NCBI GenBank assembly: GCA_046045965.1
Contig: JBJOKS010000012.1
Location: 32,001-96,000, forward strand
Direction: 5' to 3'
Origin: Cyanobacteriota bacterium
GTDB taxonomy: Bacteria > Cyanobacteriota > Cyanobacteriia > Cyanobacteriales > Nostocaceae
DNA length: 64,000 nucleotides
The notes beneath the pieces are model-generated. The model searched no databases and was not told where the DNA came from. It saw only the letters and a list, made by a program, of their open reading frames with translations. The position numbers and the translations under genes were made by a program. Below, one piece after another: positions 1 to 11,186 of the stretch; position 1 is the first letter of the stretch; each line of letters starts with the position of its first letter.

Positions 1-592
1 AAAGATCCTCTAAATTGGCATATCCTGACATCTCACCCAGTTCTTCTAATTGCTGCCAAATTGTTAGGATAGATTTGTAGTTTTTATGGACACCAATAAA
101 GCCACTATTGTAGTGATAATCTAACTCACGTTCACATATCAGCCCGTTGTTTTGAGCAAATTCTTTCCATGCTAAACGTTTGGGATGATTTGCAGGAACA
201 AGATACCAAGAGTCACCACAAAGAGCAATTCCTCGACTCACCCAATTTTCGTAGAAATCCCACCTACACTTATTGACAATATCAGGATCAAAGTAAAATA
301 AAGCATCAATATCTGGACAATAGCTTTCCCATAATTGGGACATAAAATCAGGCTTATAAAAACCTAGATGCTTTCGGGTTGTTAGCTGCACAAAACGGAT
401 AGCGCAACCCTCAGAGACAGAAAATTCTTGATAACCATTTCCTGCTTTGAGAGGTTTAGCCCAAGGTGGCAAATTACCACGATAACCAGCCCAACATATT
501 CCTCGAAACCCTTTGTGATATAAGGAATTTACTAAAGCTCCTACACCATAGTGGTAGTCTTTTTCAAATACAGTACAAATTGCTGTTTTCAT
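1..592 (-). CDS. Putative glycosyltransferase (GT-A-like, DxD motif); runs off the left window edge
   Basis: Not in the ORF track. Manual translation from ATG at 592: MKTAICTVFEKDYHYGVGALVNSL...LFYFDPDIV...YNSGFIG, open to the edge. DxD (DPD) and NSG motifs; co-oriented downstream of hepC. Confidence 0.65.
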   Translation of the reverse strand, partial: MKTAICTVFEKDYHYGVGALVNSLYHKGFRGICWAGYRGNLPPWAKPLKAGNGYQEFSVSEGCAIRFVQLTTRKHLGFYKPDFMSQLWESYCPDIDALFYFDPDIVNKCRWDFYENWVSRGIALCGDSWYLVPANHPKRLAWKEFAQNNGLICERELDYHYNSGFIGVHKNYKSILTIWQQLEELGEMSGYANLEDL

Positions 593-837
593 GGTGCTAA
601 TTATTTTTAACTAATGTACATAATTCCTGGGTTTAGATATCAAAACAGGAAATAACAATCTTCAGTTAGATAAATATTGAACGTTTTTTTTCCTTGAAGT
701 TTTCATTGGGTTTGGAAAAGGGTTAATGAGTCAGGGTTAAAGGTTTTTTTATCCTTTCCCCTTGAACTACAAAACCCGATAAGTATTGGACTAGGATAGA
801 AAAATATCTCATTATCCTAGTTTGTATTTCCTGGGAT

Positions 838-1593
838 TTATGACAATCTCGCCGGGTTAAATTTAGCATCTATCTGCCATGAGTTTATGACTTCAGGTAG
901 CGCATCTAAATGTTGCATTTGTGCTTCTATACTTAGATTTACTACATCTTCTAAACACCATGATTGATACCTAATCAAACTCATTTCACCGCGCAAAATG
1001 TTGAATAATTTAGGCAAATTATCTAGACTGTATTTACGCATCCATAAACCCAGTGGTGTAATAGTATGTTTTCTAGTTGCACCAAATTTGTAGGCTCGAA
1101 ATAGTTTACCTTTTTCTCCAATATGCCAATCATAGGAAAATATGAACTTTGGTGATTGAAGCCACATTAATATAATTAATCCCATCATTAAAGGACTAAC
1201 TAATAGCAGCAAAATTAACGCCAAAACCCAGTCAATTACTCTTTGTATAACCCTAAATATTTGATTTTTTGGTTTTGGTAATTGATTTTTAAAAGGTAGA
1301 CGGAGGAATATTGGCTTATTAGCTTGCTCACAGGCATCTGCCCAAAATCTCAGCGCAGCATCACCTAATTGTGGCTCGATAGTTACCAAACTAACCGAAG
1401 AATGTTTTAAACAATCTACTAATAATTGTTTATTCTCTAGTGAAGGTAAATATGGCTCTTGCAAATTTCCAGGAGACTTCACCAATAGCTGACCCCTACG
1501 CCACTTAAGTGTGCAGTATTGCGAGTGATAATTTTGGGGCTGTTGGGGTATAGTGCTGAGTTCTTGTAAATTGGGAACAATGGAAGTTGTCAT
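838..1593 (-). CDS. hepC: HepC, heterocyst envelope polysaccharide protein (degenerate bacterial sugar transferase domain)
   Basis: QRVIDWVLALILLLLVSP...GKLFRAYKF...GLWMRKYSLDNLPKLFNILRGEMSL resembles Bac_transf; downstream of wzc as in the Nostocales HEP island; start chosen at MTTSI. Confidence 0.85.
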   Translation of the reverse strand: MTTSIVPNLQELSTIPQQPQNYHSQYCTLKWRRGQLLVKSPGNLQEPYLPSLENKQLLVDCLKHSSVSLVTIEPQLGDAALRFWADACEQANKPIFLRLPFKNQLPKPKNQIFRVIQRVIDWVLALILLLLVSPLMMGLIILMWLQSPKFIFSYDWHIGEKGKLFRAYKFGATRKHTITPLGLWMRKYSLDNLPKLFNILRGEMSLIRYQSWCLEDVVNLSIEAQMQHLDALPEVINSWQIDAKFNPARLS

Positions 1594-2246
1594 AGGTCTT
1601 TGCATTTATACAGTAGCCAATTACTGAACTGAAAATAGGAGTTCACATTTGTGCAATTCTGTAGATTTGAAGATGTACAGAAAGCAACAAGAAGAGTTAA
1701 GCAAGCCGCAATTAAGATAAATGGTGAGTGAGGAAACTTGGTATTTTCTCTGGATATATCTAGAGATAAATTTCCTTTGGGAATCATCGCTACCTTAATT
1801 TAGTTTAAGGTACTTAATCCTGATGTAGCTATCACCAAAAATTACAAAAGTCCTCTACTCTTAGCCTTTTGACTTTTAGTTTTATCCTCATTTTCTAGAA
1901 TATAAGAAGGAGGAGCATTCACTAAGGATTAAATCAATTCTTTATTTAGTCTTTATTTAGTCTTTAAATAGATTTTCACAAAATATTAAGTTTTGATAAA
2001 TTAAAATTTTTTCAGGGCAGCATGAAAGAAAGTTACACTCAATATTCAAGAATTGAGTTTTTGGTAATTCATCAAATATCCATACTGGTCTGTTCATGAT
2101 AAAAGGGAAATGGGAAAGAAAAAAAGGATTGATTAACCTGATTTTCTTTACCCATAACTTTTTCATTTTCATTTAGCCAAATTTTGACTGGAAAATGCAC
2201 AAATCGAGTATTTTGGAAACAAAATGGAGCAGTGGGAATCATTTGG

Positions 2247-4475
2247 CTATTTTTCCACAAATTCTGGTAGCACTAATTGTTGTTGTTTAACATAAGGAAC
2301 ATAAGTGCTATCAGAGTTAGATACTCCATTAGCCACAACTCCAATTAGATTTAACTTGCTCAACATGGCTGTTGCCTGGGCTAAATGGTTGCGTGTGACT
2401 TTACCAATGCTTGCGACCATGACCACACTCCGACAAGATGAGGCTGTGAGCATAGCATCTACCATACCAATAACTGATGGAGCATCTATGAGTACCAAAT
2501 CATAGTTTTCTTCAAATGCAGCCATCAATTCCATCATGCGTGGAGAACTCAAAAGATGAGCCGGATCTACAGGTATGGGTCCAGCGGTTAAAATGTCAAT
2601 ATAGGCTGAACCTGAGTATTGAACTCCAATTTGATTAGGAAGGGTGACATCACTAGCTAATAAAGTTGATAAACCTTGTTCATTAGGAAGATTTAACTGT
2701 TTGTGTAAGCTAGGATCTCGTAAGTTAGCATCAATTAGCAGGACTTTTTTATGTAAGCGAGCCGCACTCATCGCCAAACCTAAAGTTAAAGCTGACTTAC
2801 CCTCATCTGGTAATGCTGATGTCACCATTAAAGATTTCAAGTCATTCACACGATGGAGAAGTTCTATGTTTTTATAAATCAAATCTAGTGATTCCCAACG
2901 TGGTGGAGATTGTAAGACTTGAATTGTCCAGGGGGCAAGAACTTCGGGTTTACCAAAGGGTAACTTGATAATAGATTCTTTCGGTTTTGCTGGTGGTAAT
3001 TTGGGAGTGGTTCCCAACAAAGGCAGGGCAACTTGTTTTTCTAATTCCGCAGTAGTGTGTACTGAATCATCCGATGCTTCTCGAATAAAGGCGGCAACAC
3101 CACCTAACATGAATCCCACTACTGCACCCAACAAAAGATTTTGTTTGAGATCTGGTCCTAATTTTATGCCTTTTTGTGGTTCTTCTACCACTTCCCAATT
3201 AAATCCACCTTTGGAAAGTTCCTGACGCAATTGCTGTTCTGCTCTTAACAATTGCTCCATTCTTTCCCGACTAAATTGTAATTGGGGAAGTATGCGATTG
3301 TAATAAGCCAAAAGAGAGGGAAAGCGTTTTAATTGCGATCGCAGTTCATTTTCTTTTTGTGCCAAAGTTTGATCACGGGCGCTTAAAGAAACTATATTTG
3401 TCTGAGTCTCTACTAATGCACTGGTCAAATTGAGGTCAATTTCCCCAAGTTGTCCTTGTTCGAGAAGATTTTCTCCAAAACTGAATCCAGTGTTAGACTG
3501 TCTACCTAAAGTTCTACTGACTTCTTTTTGCAAAAGTTCTTTTTGACTCCGAAGCTGTTCGTTGAGCTTCTGCACACTGGGAGTATCATCAGTAAAACGT
3601 AAGCGTTCCTGTGCTAAAGCTAGTTCTGTTTTCTGGATTTCATTAAGTAACCCTTGATAGCGTAAAGACTGACTCAGACGGGAAGAAACCAAGGCATTCT
3701 GAGGTGAACGGTTAAGTTGTTGTTGCAAAGACTTTTGCTTTGCTATAGTTTCTTCATATTGAGAACGAGTTGTTTGTCGCTCTTTCTGAATAGTATTTAA
3801 GGTTTCCTCAATTGCTTTGGCCTGCAACTCTGGATCAATTAAATTCTGATTGCTGCGAAATCTTTGCAAATTAGCTTCAGATGCGTTCACTTCATCACTA
3901 GCTTTTCGTAATTGATCTCTGATAACTTGTAGACCTTTTTGTAAACGTACATCCTGTTGTTCTTTGTTATATTCAACATAAACTTGCCGAATGGCAGTTA
4001 ACACTTTTTGCGTTTTTTCTGGATCGCTATCGCTATAGTCAACTTGAAATATCTTAGTAGCGATATTATCTTCTGGAGTCTTGATTTGAGTTAAGATTAA
4101 GGATTTTCTAATTTCCTGTACAGTGATTGTTGGATATTCTGACTTGAGTTTATCCACTGCTTTTTGGATCAGTCCAGAACTCCGCATTAAGTTAAGCTGT
4201 GTTGCAGTGTCTATAACAATGTTAGAATCTGTGAACTGATTTCCTAGCGTGTCTCCTTCTTTTCTGCCTTGATAGTTAGGTTCTACTAACAGTTGCATTG
4301 TACTTTGGAAGGTGGGCTTTGTTTTTAAAGTTATGATTCCTGCCAAAGCTGTAGAACTCAGAAATACTAACACAACCCAGGGAAATCTCCTGAGCAATAC
4401 AGCAAACATTTGTCCATAACCTGGTTCTTGATCTGCTATGGGATTTATCTGGGTATTTAGACTAGTTTGAACCAC
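2247..4475 (-). CDS. wzc: Wzc/GumC polysaccharide co-polymerase / BY-kinase
   Basis: N-terminal TM, long coiled coil, second TM, Walker A (ALPDEGKS), LLIDANLR and LVLIDAP motifs. Confidence 0.92.
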   Translation of the reverse strand: MVQTSLNTQINPIADQEPGYGQMFAVLLRRFPWVVLVFLSSTALAGIITLKTKPTFQSTMQLLVEPNYQGRKEGDTLGNQFTDSNIVIDTATQLNLMRSSGLIQKAVDKLKSEYPTITVQEIRKSLILTQIKTPEDNIATKIFQVDYSDSDPEKTQKVLTAIRQVYVEYNKEQQDVRLQKGLQVIRDQLRKASDEVNASEANLQRFRSNQNLIDPELQAKAIEETLNTIQKERQTTRSQYEETIAKQKSLQQQLNRSPQNALVSSRLSQSLRYQGLLNEIQKTELALAQERLRFTDDTPSVQKLNEQLRSQKELLQKEVSRTLGRQSNTGFSFGENLLEQGQLGEIDLNLTSALVETQTNIVSLSARDQTLAQKENELRSQLKRFPSLLAYYNRILPQLQFSRERMEQLLRAEQQLRQELSKGGFNWEVVEEPQKGIKLGPDLKQNLLLGAVVGFMLGGVAAFIREASDDSVHTTAELEKQVALPLLGTTPKLPPAKPKESIIKLPFGKPEVLAPWTIQVLQSPPRWESLDLIYKNIELLHRVNDLKSLMVTSALPDEGKSALTLGLAMSAARLHKKVLLIDANLRDPSLHKQLNLPNEQGLSTLLASDVTLPNQIGVQYSGSAYIDILTAGPIPVDPAHLLSSPRMMELMAAFEENYDLVLIDAPSVIGMVDAMLTASSCRSVVMVASIGKVTRNHLAQATAMLSKLNLIGVVANGVSNSDSTYVPYVKQQQLVLPEFVEK

Positions 4476-4541
4476 TTTTATTATCCTTCTGTGGGAGACA
4501 CTATGGGTAGTTTCCTGCCCCGTAGGGGTAAAACTAACAAG

Positions 4542-5642
4542 TTAAATAAATGAGTGATGCACACCAGAAGCTTGAACAAGAATTTCCTCAACCTTAGTAA
4601 AGAATGCTTGTTCTGAAAAATTATTGACGGCGTGATTACGAATAGTTTCGTAATTCCAAGATATTCCTCTAGCCTCTAATAATGCTGCTTGTAAAGAATC
4701 GGGTGTTTGCCTCTTAAAAAAAACTCCGGTTTTACCAGGTATCTGAGTATCTAATACCCCACCGGCTCCATAAGCAATTACTGGAGTTCCACTAGCATTT
4801 GCTTCTACTGGAACTAATCCATAATCTTCTAAGGCAGCAACAATAATAGACTTGGCTTTAGAAAATAGGTCTTTACGTTCACCATCACTAACATGACCTA
4901 AGAATTCGATATTACCTAATGCCTTGGATTTTAACCGTTCTAGTTCGGGTCCGTCACCTGATATTAATAAATGCCACCCTAACCAATTAAAAGCCTCGAC
5001 TATGATATCAAGACGTTTATAACTTATCATCCGCGCCGATGCCAAGTAGTATTCCTGTTTGGTATCGGAAAAAACAAACTTATTGGTATCAATTGGATAG
5101 TTGATCACAATTGCTTGTTTCCTATAAATTTTTTGAATGCGACGGGCAACAACGCTGGAATTGGCAATGTAGAGGTCTGGTTCCTGAGAATATTTCAGGT
5201 CTACATTTCTCATCATTTCAAATATTTTTTCAATTAAGGGGGCAAAATAGCGATAGTCTCCATACTCTCGTAAATAAGTTTCTGTATCCCATAGAAAACG
5301 AGTGACATTATGACAGAAACAAATGTGACGTGCTTGTGATTTTTTACGCACTGCTTTGGCAAAACTAGTGCTACTACTAATAATTAAATCATAGTCTTGT
5401 AAATCCAATGCTCGAAAGGCAGGAAAGTACAGAGGAGCCATCAAGCGAAAATACTTGGCAGCACCGGGAATATTTTGTAAACAAGTTGTTCTAACTATCC
5501 GTTCACCCAGGTCAATTGTTTTTTGCGGATCATATAAGGATGTGAAAATGTCGGCTTGGGGGTAGCGTTTACAAAGCAATTCAAACACTCGCTCTGCTCC
5601 ACCGCGCTGGGTTAAGTAATCATGGACAAGAGCAATTTTCAT
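4542..5642 (-). CDS. Glycosyltransferase family 4
   Basis: MKIALVHDYLTQRGGAERV N-terminus; EDYGLVPVEANASGTPVI EX7E motif. Confidence 0.93.
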   Translation of the reverse strand: MKIALVHDYLTQRGGAERVFELLCKRYPQADIFTSLYDPQKTIDLGERIVRTTCLQNIPGAAKYFRLMAPLYFPAFRALDLQDYDLIISSSTSFAKAVRKKSQARHICFCHNVTRFLWDTETYLREYGDYRYFAPLIEKIFEMMRNVDLKYSQEPDLYIANSSVVARRIQKIYRKQAIVINYPIDTNKFVFSDTKQEYYLASARMISYKRLDIIVEAFNWLGWHLLISGDGPELERLKSKALGNIEFLGHVSDGERKDLFSKAKSIIVAALEDYGLVPVEANASGTPVIAYGAGGVLDTQIPGKTGVFFKRQTPDSLQAALLEARGISWNYETIRNHAVNNFSEQAFFTKVEEILVQASGVHHSFI

Positions 5643-6112
5643 GGATGATGCCTTATATGGGAGTGTTAAATAAATTAGGGGCTGTTTCGTAAGGTGTACA
5701 GATGTTAATAATCTCTCTGTTTATAGCAGTATTATGTCTGTACTAAACCCGTCCTTAGATAGTTACAGGCTGCAACTTAAGTTTGGCAAATGTTCGATAG
5801 CTTTGGTCAGCGTAGCTATCGCACTCCAAATCTGATTAACTACAAAACCCGCAAGCTTGTACATTAAATGACATTGCTTAATTAGCCATTTATAGTCAGA
5901 GTAATGAGTATAACTAGGCGGATGTAGAGATACCATTGGCAATCGGCGTAAAATCTACTTTATAGATATCTTTATGTTTTGCCTTTGGCTTTTTTTTACC
6001 AGGTAGATACTTTTGAATAAAACTTTAATTTTTACCTGTAAACTCAAGGTGGTAACAGAATATCAGGTAAATTCTAATTTATTTGCTCGTCTTGAACAGA
6101 AATATGAAAATT

Positions 6113-6138
6113 TGCCAACCCCCTGAAAAAGGGGGCTG
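6113..6138 (-). terminator. Putative stem-loop downstream of the SAF oxidoreductase
   Basis: CCCCC-tgaaaaa-GGGGG inverted repeat about 30 bp past the stop codon. Confidence 0.4.
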
Positions 6139-6167
6139 AATTTCAGTTTTACTATTGAATTTTTACT

Positions 6168-7481
6168 TTATTTGACAACTGCCAAAGTTTTAGCAGGAGC
6201 AAAATAAGCTGTTTGTTCAGTGCGTAATCTGTCGCAAAGTCTACCTTCAGGTAATTCGACATCATCGTAGGTCAGGACTTGATCTTTATCAATATCACGT
6301 TTTAAGCGACATCCTTCTGCTATCCCCATTGGTAGCAAATTTTGTTGTTGGACAATTTCTGAATTTTCACATTGTCCATAGGTCATGTAATAACCGATGC
6401 CATCAAGAGTTTCTCCGGCTTTAAGATCAATTTTGGCAGTAGCGACAACATCAACAATTGGACCAGCTATAGGAGCAAGCACAGCATCATGAAATAGCAC
6501 TGCACGCGCTACAGAAAGGGGAACTTCAAAATGGCAGAGGTGATAAGGGGTGTAGAAACTATAAAGAGGTCCTTCACCAAGTTTATAAAGATTTAGATAA
6601 TGCCGTTGTTTGGGGTCTTCATGGGTGGCAAAAACAAACACTCCTGGACCCGGTTTTGTGCCAACTACATAATCAACAATGCCACCTAATTCTTTGAGTT
6701 GGTCAACATCATACATTTTGGTCATTTCATCAACATGACCTGTGTATTCATATCCCAACATTCCCCTTTTTGCTACTTTCATTCCTGTGCCATTGGCGAC
6801 TATTGCTTGTTCAAAAGAAATTTTTGTGCCATCAGCAAAACTTGTCACCATTGCGGGATTTTGACCCCAGCGTTGAGCAAAACCAGCTTGGGTGGTAGGG
6901 TTGCGGTAGGGGTCTTGTAAACCTTTAATATTGCCACACAATAAGGGAGTTAAACCGATGCTTTTCACAAAGCGGTACAGGTTCATTTCTACCCCTGGTT
7001 GGTCGCCATCACAAGCTGTTAAAATTACTCCAGCGCGGTCTGCGTGAACTTTGAGGATAGGTCCAATTGTGCCATCTAGTTCTGCATTCATCAAAATTAT
7101 ATGCTTTTGATGGGCGATCGCTCTCATCACCAAATGAGCAGCATATTCAATTGTACCTGTGACTTCAATAATTGCATCTATGCCATCAGCTTCACACAGC
7201 AACATGGCATCTTCGGTAATTGCATATTTACCTTGAATCAGTGCATCTTCTAAATCAACTACACTAGAAACAATATTGCAATCCTCAATTCCTGCTTCTG
7301 AATAAGCTCTTTTAGCTCCATCAATGTGACGGTTAGAAATAGCAACCAATTCCATTCCCGGCACAGAATTGATAATTTGATTAGCAATACCCCGACCCAT
7401 AAAACCAGCACCAATCATTGCTACTTTTACAGGTTTACCTAATGCAGCACGAGCTTGTAAAGCTTGATCAACAATAATCAT
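6168..7481 (-). CDS. NAD(P)-dependent oxidoreductase with C-terminal SAF domain (homoserine-dehydrogenase-like, StrU-like)
   Basis: Rossmann motif MIGAGFMGRG; GDQPG; C-terminal SAF-like VVATAKIDLKAGETLDGIG; start MIIVDQ lies 2 bp after the rfbC stop. Confidence 0.85.
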   Translation of the reverse strand: MIIVDQALQARAALGKPVKVAMIGAGFMGRGIANQIINSVPGMELVAISNRHIDGAKRAYSEAGIEDCNIVSSVVDLEDALIQGKYAITEDAMLLCEADGIDAIIEVTGTIEYAAHLVMRAIAHQKHIILMNAELDGTIGPILKVHADRAGVILTACDGDQPGVEMNLYRFVKSIGLTPLLCGNIKGLQDPYRNPTTQAGFAQRWGQNPAMVTSFADGTKISFEQAIVANGTGMKVAKRGMLGYEYTGHVDEMTKMYDVDQLKELGGIVDYVVGTKPGPGVFVFATHEDPKQRHYLNLYKLGEGPLYSFYTPYHLCHFEVPLSVARAVLFHDAVLAPIAGPIVDVVATAKIDLKAGETLDGIGYYMTYGQCENSEIVQQQNLLPMGIAEGCRLKRDIDKDQVLTYDDVELPEGRLCDRLRTEQTAYFAPAKTLAVVK

Positions 7482-7483
7482 GA

Positions 7484-8029
7484 TTAAACTCCTATTAAAA
7501 TAGATTCTAGTAAAGGCCAATTGCGGTCTTTATCAGACATTTCAGTTGCAGCTAAAGGCCAAGAAATTTCTAAAAGTGGATCATCATAACGCAAACCACG
7601 TTCATAACCAGGAGTGTAAAATTCACCCACTTGATAGACAACTTCTGCACCATCTGTTAAAGTTTGATAGCCATGAGCAAACATTTCTGGTACATATAAA
7701 GCGCGGCGATTTTCTGCCGTGAGTTCTACACCAATATGCGACAAATAAGTTGGAGATTCAGGACGCATATCCACAATTACGTCATAAATTGCTCCTTGAG
7801 TACAACGAATTAATTTTGTTTCTGCTGCTGGGAGAATTTGATAGTGCATTCCTCTCAACGTACCTTTTTTATGATTAAAAGATAAGTTACATTGAGCAAC
7901 TGTTGGCTTTAAACCATGTTCAGCAAATTCTTGAGCGCAAAATGTCCGAGCAAAGAAACCACGATGATCTGGTTTTTCTTCTAAGTCAATAATGAATGCA
8001 CCAGGGAGATTAGTTTGAGTAAAAATCAT
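7484..8029 (-). CDS. rfbC: dTDP-4-dehydrorhamnose 3,5-epimerase family (RmlC-like cupin)
   Basis: DHRGFFAR, GTLRGMHYQ, FAHGYQTL and DDP motifs. Confidence 0.92.
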   Translation of the reverse strand: MIFTQTNLPGAFIIDLEEKPDHRGFFARTFCAQEFAEHGLKPTVAQCNLSFNHKKGTLRGMHYQILPAAETKLIRCTQGAIYDVIVDMRPESPTYLSHIGVELTAENRRALYVPEMFAHGYQTLTDGAEVVYQVGEFYTPGYERGLRYDDPLLEISWPLAATEMSDKDRNWPLLESILIGV

Positions 8030-8115
8030 AGTTTTTCAGAAAAAAGGGAACAGGGAACAGGGAACAGGGAACAGGTAAAAGTTTGTGAAAATTATCCATT
8101 ACTTAATATAATTTA

Positions 8116-8964
8116 CTAGCATTTTCCTCTAGCTTCAGGGATAAATTTTTTATTGGGTTTGATAAAAGTATCATCATTGTATTGAGTACAAAGTTCTGGA
8201 CGCTTCGGTGATTTTGCTGTGTAGACAAAAAATATAGTTGAGCGTTCTTCGCTTCTCACAGTACCATGATGTAAAACATTTCTGGGATCTACAAAAATCA
8301 CAGTTCCTGCTTTTCCTGGACAGGATTTCCAAGCTTTTTTAGAAATAATATTCATCATTTGTAGGTCATTAATTCCTAAGAAATTAGACTTCCACAGTGC
8401 ATAATCAACCCGATAATAATTCCACCACTCTAACGGATTATTAGGCAGGGGTATATATTCAAAAGCGCCGTGTTTTTCTGTCACATCATGTAAATAGATG
8501 ATGACTTTCATCATACGTCGGTCTTCAGAATCTTTATGCCAAAGTAGTGTTTGTAATTGCTGATTATTTGGGAAGTCTTTCCGCACATGAACACCATGAA
8601 AAGCTATAGGTAATCCGATATAGTTTTCTATGATATTTTGCAGCCGTTTTTCAATTCCCCAAGTAAAGAATTCTGGTAAATCTGTAACTGTATAAATCTG
8701 CGGTAAGTTATATCCTGATTGCACATTTCTAGGACTTTCCATCATCGCTGCATAATTTTTAGCACTATCTAACATTTGTGCAGTTGATGGTAATTCTAAA
8801 TTCTCTAAGGAAGTGATGTAAACACCTTCTTTTTTCAGAGTTTGGGCAATTAATTGATCTTCATGAGATAATGCAGGTAAATTTTTTCTTTGTTTAGCCA
8901 GAGATGCTTGATAATCTAGCTCAGAAGTCAGTGTATTTATTTTTTCGTTAAGAGTTTCTAACAT
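8116..8964 (-). CDS. Putative 2-oxoglutarate/Fe(II) dioxygenase (PhyH-like)
   Basis: WHKD (HxD) ... IYLHDV ... GTVIFVD...LHHG...R facial triad pattern. Confidence 0.7.
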   Translation of the reverse strand: MLETLNEKINTLTSELDYQASLAKQRKNLPALSHEDQLIAQTLKKEGVYITSLENLELPSTAQMLDSAKNYAAMMESPRNVQSGYNLPQIYTVTDLPEFFTWGIEKRLQNIIENYIGLPIAFHGVHVRKDFPNNQQLQTLLWHKDSEDRRMMKVIIYLHDVTEKHGAFEYIPLPNNPLEWWNYYRVDYALWKSNFLGINDLQMMNIISKKAWKSCPGKAGTVIFVDPRNVLHHGTVRSEERSTIFFVYTAKSPKRPELCTQYNDDTFIKPNKKFIPEARGKC

Positions 8965-8983
8965 GAGACTTATACCTAATTGC

Positions 8984-9994
8984 TTATACTTTACTTCGGC
9001 GGGAAATTTGGTTTAATGGCTGATGAGATTCGGCAATTTTCATTTCAGGAGCGGCCATGACTTCAATAGCAGAAATAGCCGCTAGAGCTAAAAAAGGAAC
9101 GACGGTTTTAATAGCCGTAATTGGCCATCTTCTCAAAGCACCTAAGAAAACTCTCAAGTTAACTTCTTGAAAATTATGCACCATCATTTGTGCATAAAAT
9201 CGCTGAGAATACCCTGCATTTTCTTGCAACTTAAAAATCACCTCTGGGAAGTGTTTATATTGCATTAACAGGGCAGATTGTGGCTCTTTTTGCCAATAAC
9301 TCACACCAACAATACATTCTAAATAGGTATCTTTGCTCACAATTACTTTGCCATTAGCAGCACAATACCCGGCTAAATATGCTAAAGAAATCCAATTATT
9401 GATAGCATCTGGCCAAATTTGGAGCGCGCGTTTAACTAAATCAGTTCTATATACTGAAGCCGTCAAGAAAATGACTGCTCCCACACTTTTAGAGAAGCAA
9501 TATTCAAATATTTCTTTACCATCAACCTCACCATCTTCACTATCAGCATCAAACCAGCGATTACCAACTATTGTTGGTGGATGAACAGGTTCACCAGTAA
9601 TTTTATTTCTACCAGAAAAATTGATAAACGCTAATGACAAATTCTCAATAGTTTTAATTTTATCTATTACATAACTAACTGCTTGATCTTGAATTGGATC
9701 ATCATCACCAATCGTCCAAACATATTTGGTGGTTGCAGAATTTAGGCAATAAATGATATTTCTCATTACGCCCAAATTCTTAAAATTTCTATTGGATTTA
9801 AAAGTTATGTTATTGATAGTATTTTGCCATTTTTTGATAACTTCCTGAGTGTTGTCGCTAGAACAATTATCAGAAACTAATATCTCACAATCAGATTCAT
9901 AACCTTTGATAGCTTTAGACAACCACTCTAATTGTTGATCAAGCAAATCCGCACGATTATAGGTAGGAATAGCAATGGTCAGTAATTTATTCAT
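8984..9994 (-). CDS. Glycosyltransferase family 2
   Basis: LTIAIPTYNR, VSDNCSSD, IGDDD; start moved to the ATG of MNKLL. Confidence 0.92.
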   Translation of the reverse strand: MNKLLTIAIPTYNRADLLDQQLEWLSKAIKGYESDCEILVSDNCSSDNTQEVIKKWQNTINNITFKSNRNFKNLGVMRNIIYCLNSATTKYVWTIGDDDPIQDQAVSYVIDKIKTIENLSLAFINFSGRNKITGEPVHPPTIVGNRWFDADSEDGEVDGKEIFEYCFSKSVGAVIFLTASVYRTDLVKRALQIWPDAINNWISLAYLAGYCAANGKVIVSKDTYLECIVGVSYWQKEPQSALLMQYKHFPEVIFKLQENAGYSQRFYAQMMVHNFQEVNLRVFLGALRRWPITAIKTVVPFLALAAISAIEVMAAPEMKIAESHQPLNQISRRSKV

Positions 9995-10108
9995 AGGTTG
10001 ACATGATCCAAACAAATCAAATTATTTTTCCCACAATGAATTAAATCAAGAATTACGGATTAAAAGCAGTAAAAAATAGTTGTTACTGCTTTCATCCGTT
10101 ATCAATCC

Positions 10109-11143
10109 TTATTTAGTCCAAAAGAAATCTTTGTCAATTTGTTGAGTACGAATCAGGTACTCAAGCTGTTTTAATCTTGTAAATCCTCTAAACAAGAAAG
10201 TATCTTCAGTCATGTCGATTTGACGGAACAAATCAAATAACTGTTGAGCGCCGCGTTGAGCATTCCAATCACACTTAAAGCCTGGTAAAATTGTATTTAT
10301 TTTCTCAAAAGAAACTCGATAACTACGGTTATCTGAACCATTATTACCAAAGGTTAATTTACAACCAGGGAAAGTATCAGCAATAATTTCGGCAATTTCT
10401 TTAACGCGATAATTATTCTGTGTATCTCCCACATTAAAAACTTGATTGTGGACAATATCTCTGGGTGCTTCTAAGGTACAAACAATGGCTTTGCAAATAT
10501 CCAAAGCATGAACTAATGGCCGCCAAGGTGTACCATCACTGGTCATTTTAATTTCTTTGGTAGTCCAAGCTAAACCAGCTAAATTGTTTAAAACAATATC
10601 AAATCTCATTCTGGGAGAAGCACCAAAAGCGGTAGCATTCCGCATGAAGGTAGGAGAGAAATCATCATCCGCTAATGGTTTAATATCTCTTTCTACTAAT
10701 GTTTTACATTCAGCGTAAGCTGTTTGCGGATTTACAGGTGATTCTTCGGTGACATCACCTTCACTCGCAACTCCATAAACACTACAAGAAGACATATAAA
10801 TAAAGCGACGCACCCCCATTGTTTTCGCTAAATTAGCTAAACGTACAGAACCTAAATGATTAATATCATAGGTAATGTTGGGTGCTAATTGTCCAGTAGG
10901 ATCGTTAGAAAGTTCTGCTTTATGAACTATTGCATCTATACCTTCTAAATCTTCCGGTGTAATATCGCGAATATCTTTGTTGAGGGTTTTAGCTGTGATG
11001 TCAGTCCCGTTATATAACCAACCAACTTTATAAAAACCTGTATCTAGTCCGATAACTTCGTGACCTTTAGCAATTAATAAAGGAGGTAATAAAGAACCTA
11101 AATATCCTTCTGTTCCTGTGACTAATATTTTCATTGTTTTCAA
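10109..11143 (-). CDS. NAD-dependent sugar epimerase/dehydratase (extended SDR)
   Basis: ILVTGTEGYLG, SSCSVYG, YAECK (YxxxK). Confidence 0.93.
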   Translation of the reverse strand: MKTMKILVTGTEGYLGSLLPPLLIAKGHEVIGLDTGFYKVGWLYNGTDITAKTLNKDIRDITPEDLEGIDAIVHKAELSNDPTGQLAPNITYDINHLGSVRLANLAKTMGVRRFIYMSSCSVYGVASEGDVTEESPVNPQTAYAECKTLVERDIKPLADDDFSPTFMRNATAFGASPRMRFDIVLNNLAGLAWTTKEIKMTSDGTPWRPLVHALDICKAIVCTLEAPRDIVHNQVFNVGDTQNNYRVKEIAEIIADTFPGCKLTFGNNGSDNRSYRVSFEKINTILPGFKCDWNAQRGAQQLFDLFRQIDMTEDTFLFRGFTRLKQLEYLIRTQQIDKDFFWTK

Positions 11144-11186
11144 TTCCTTGTTATTGATGTTTTAATCTTTTTGCAACCACCTTTTT

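Noticed and set aside
1590..2260. Three short ORFs between wzc and hepC
   Set aside because: AT-rich, mutually overlapping, no recognisable motifs; more likely the long hepC regulatory region
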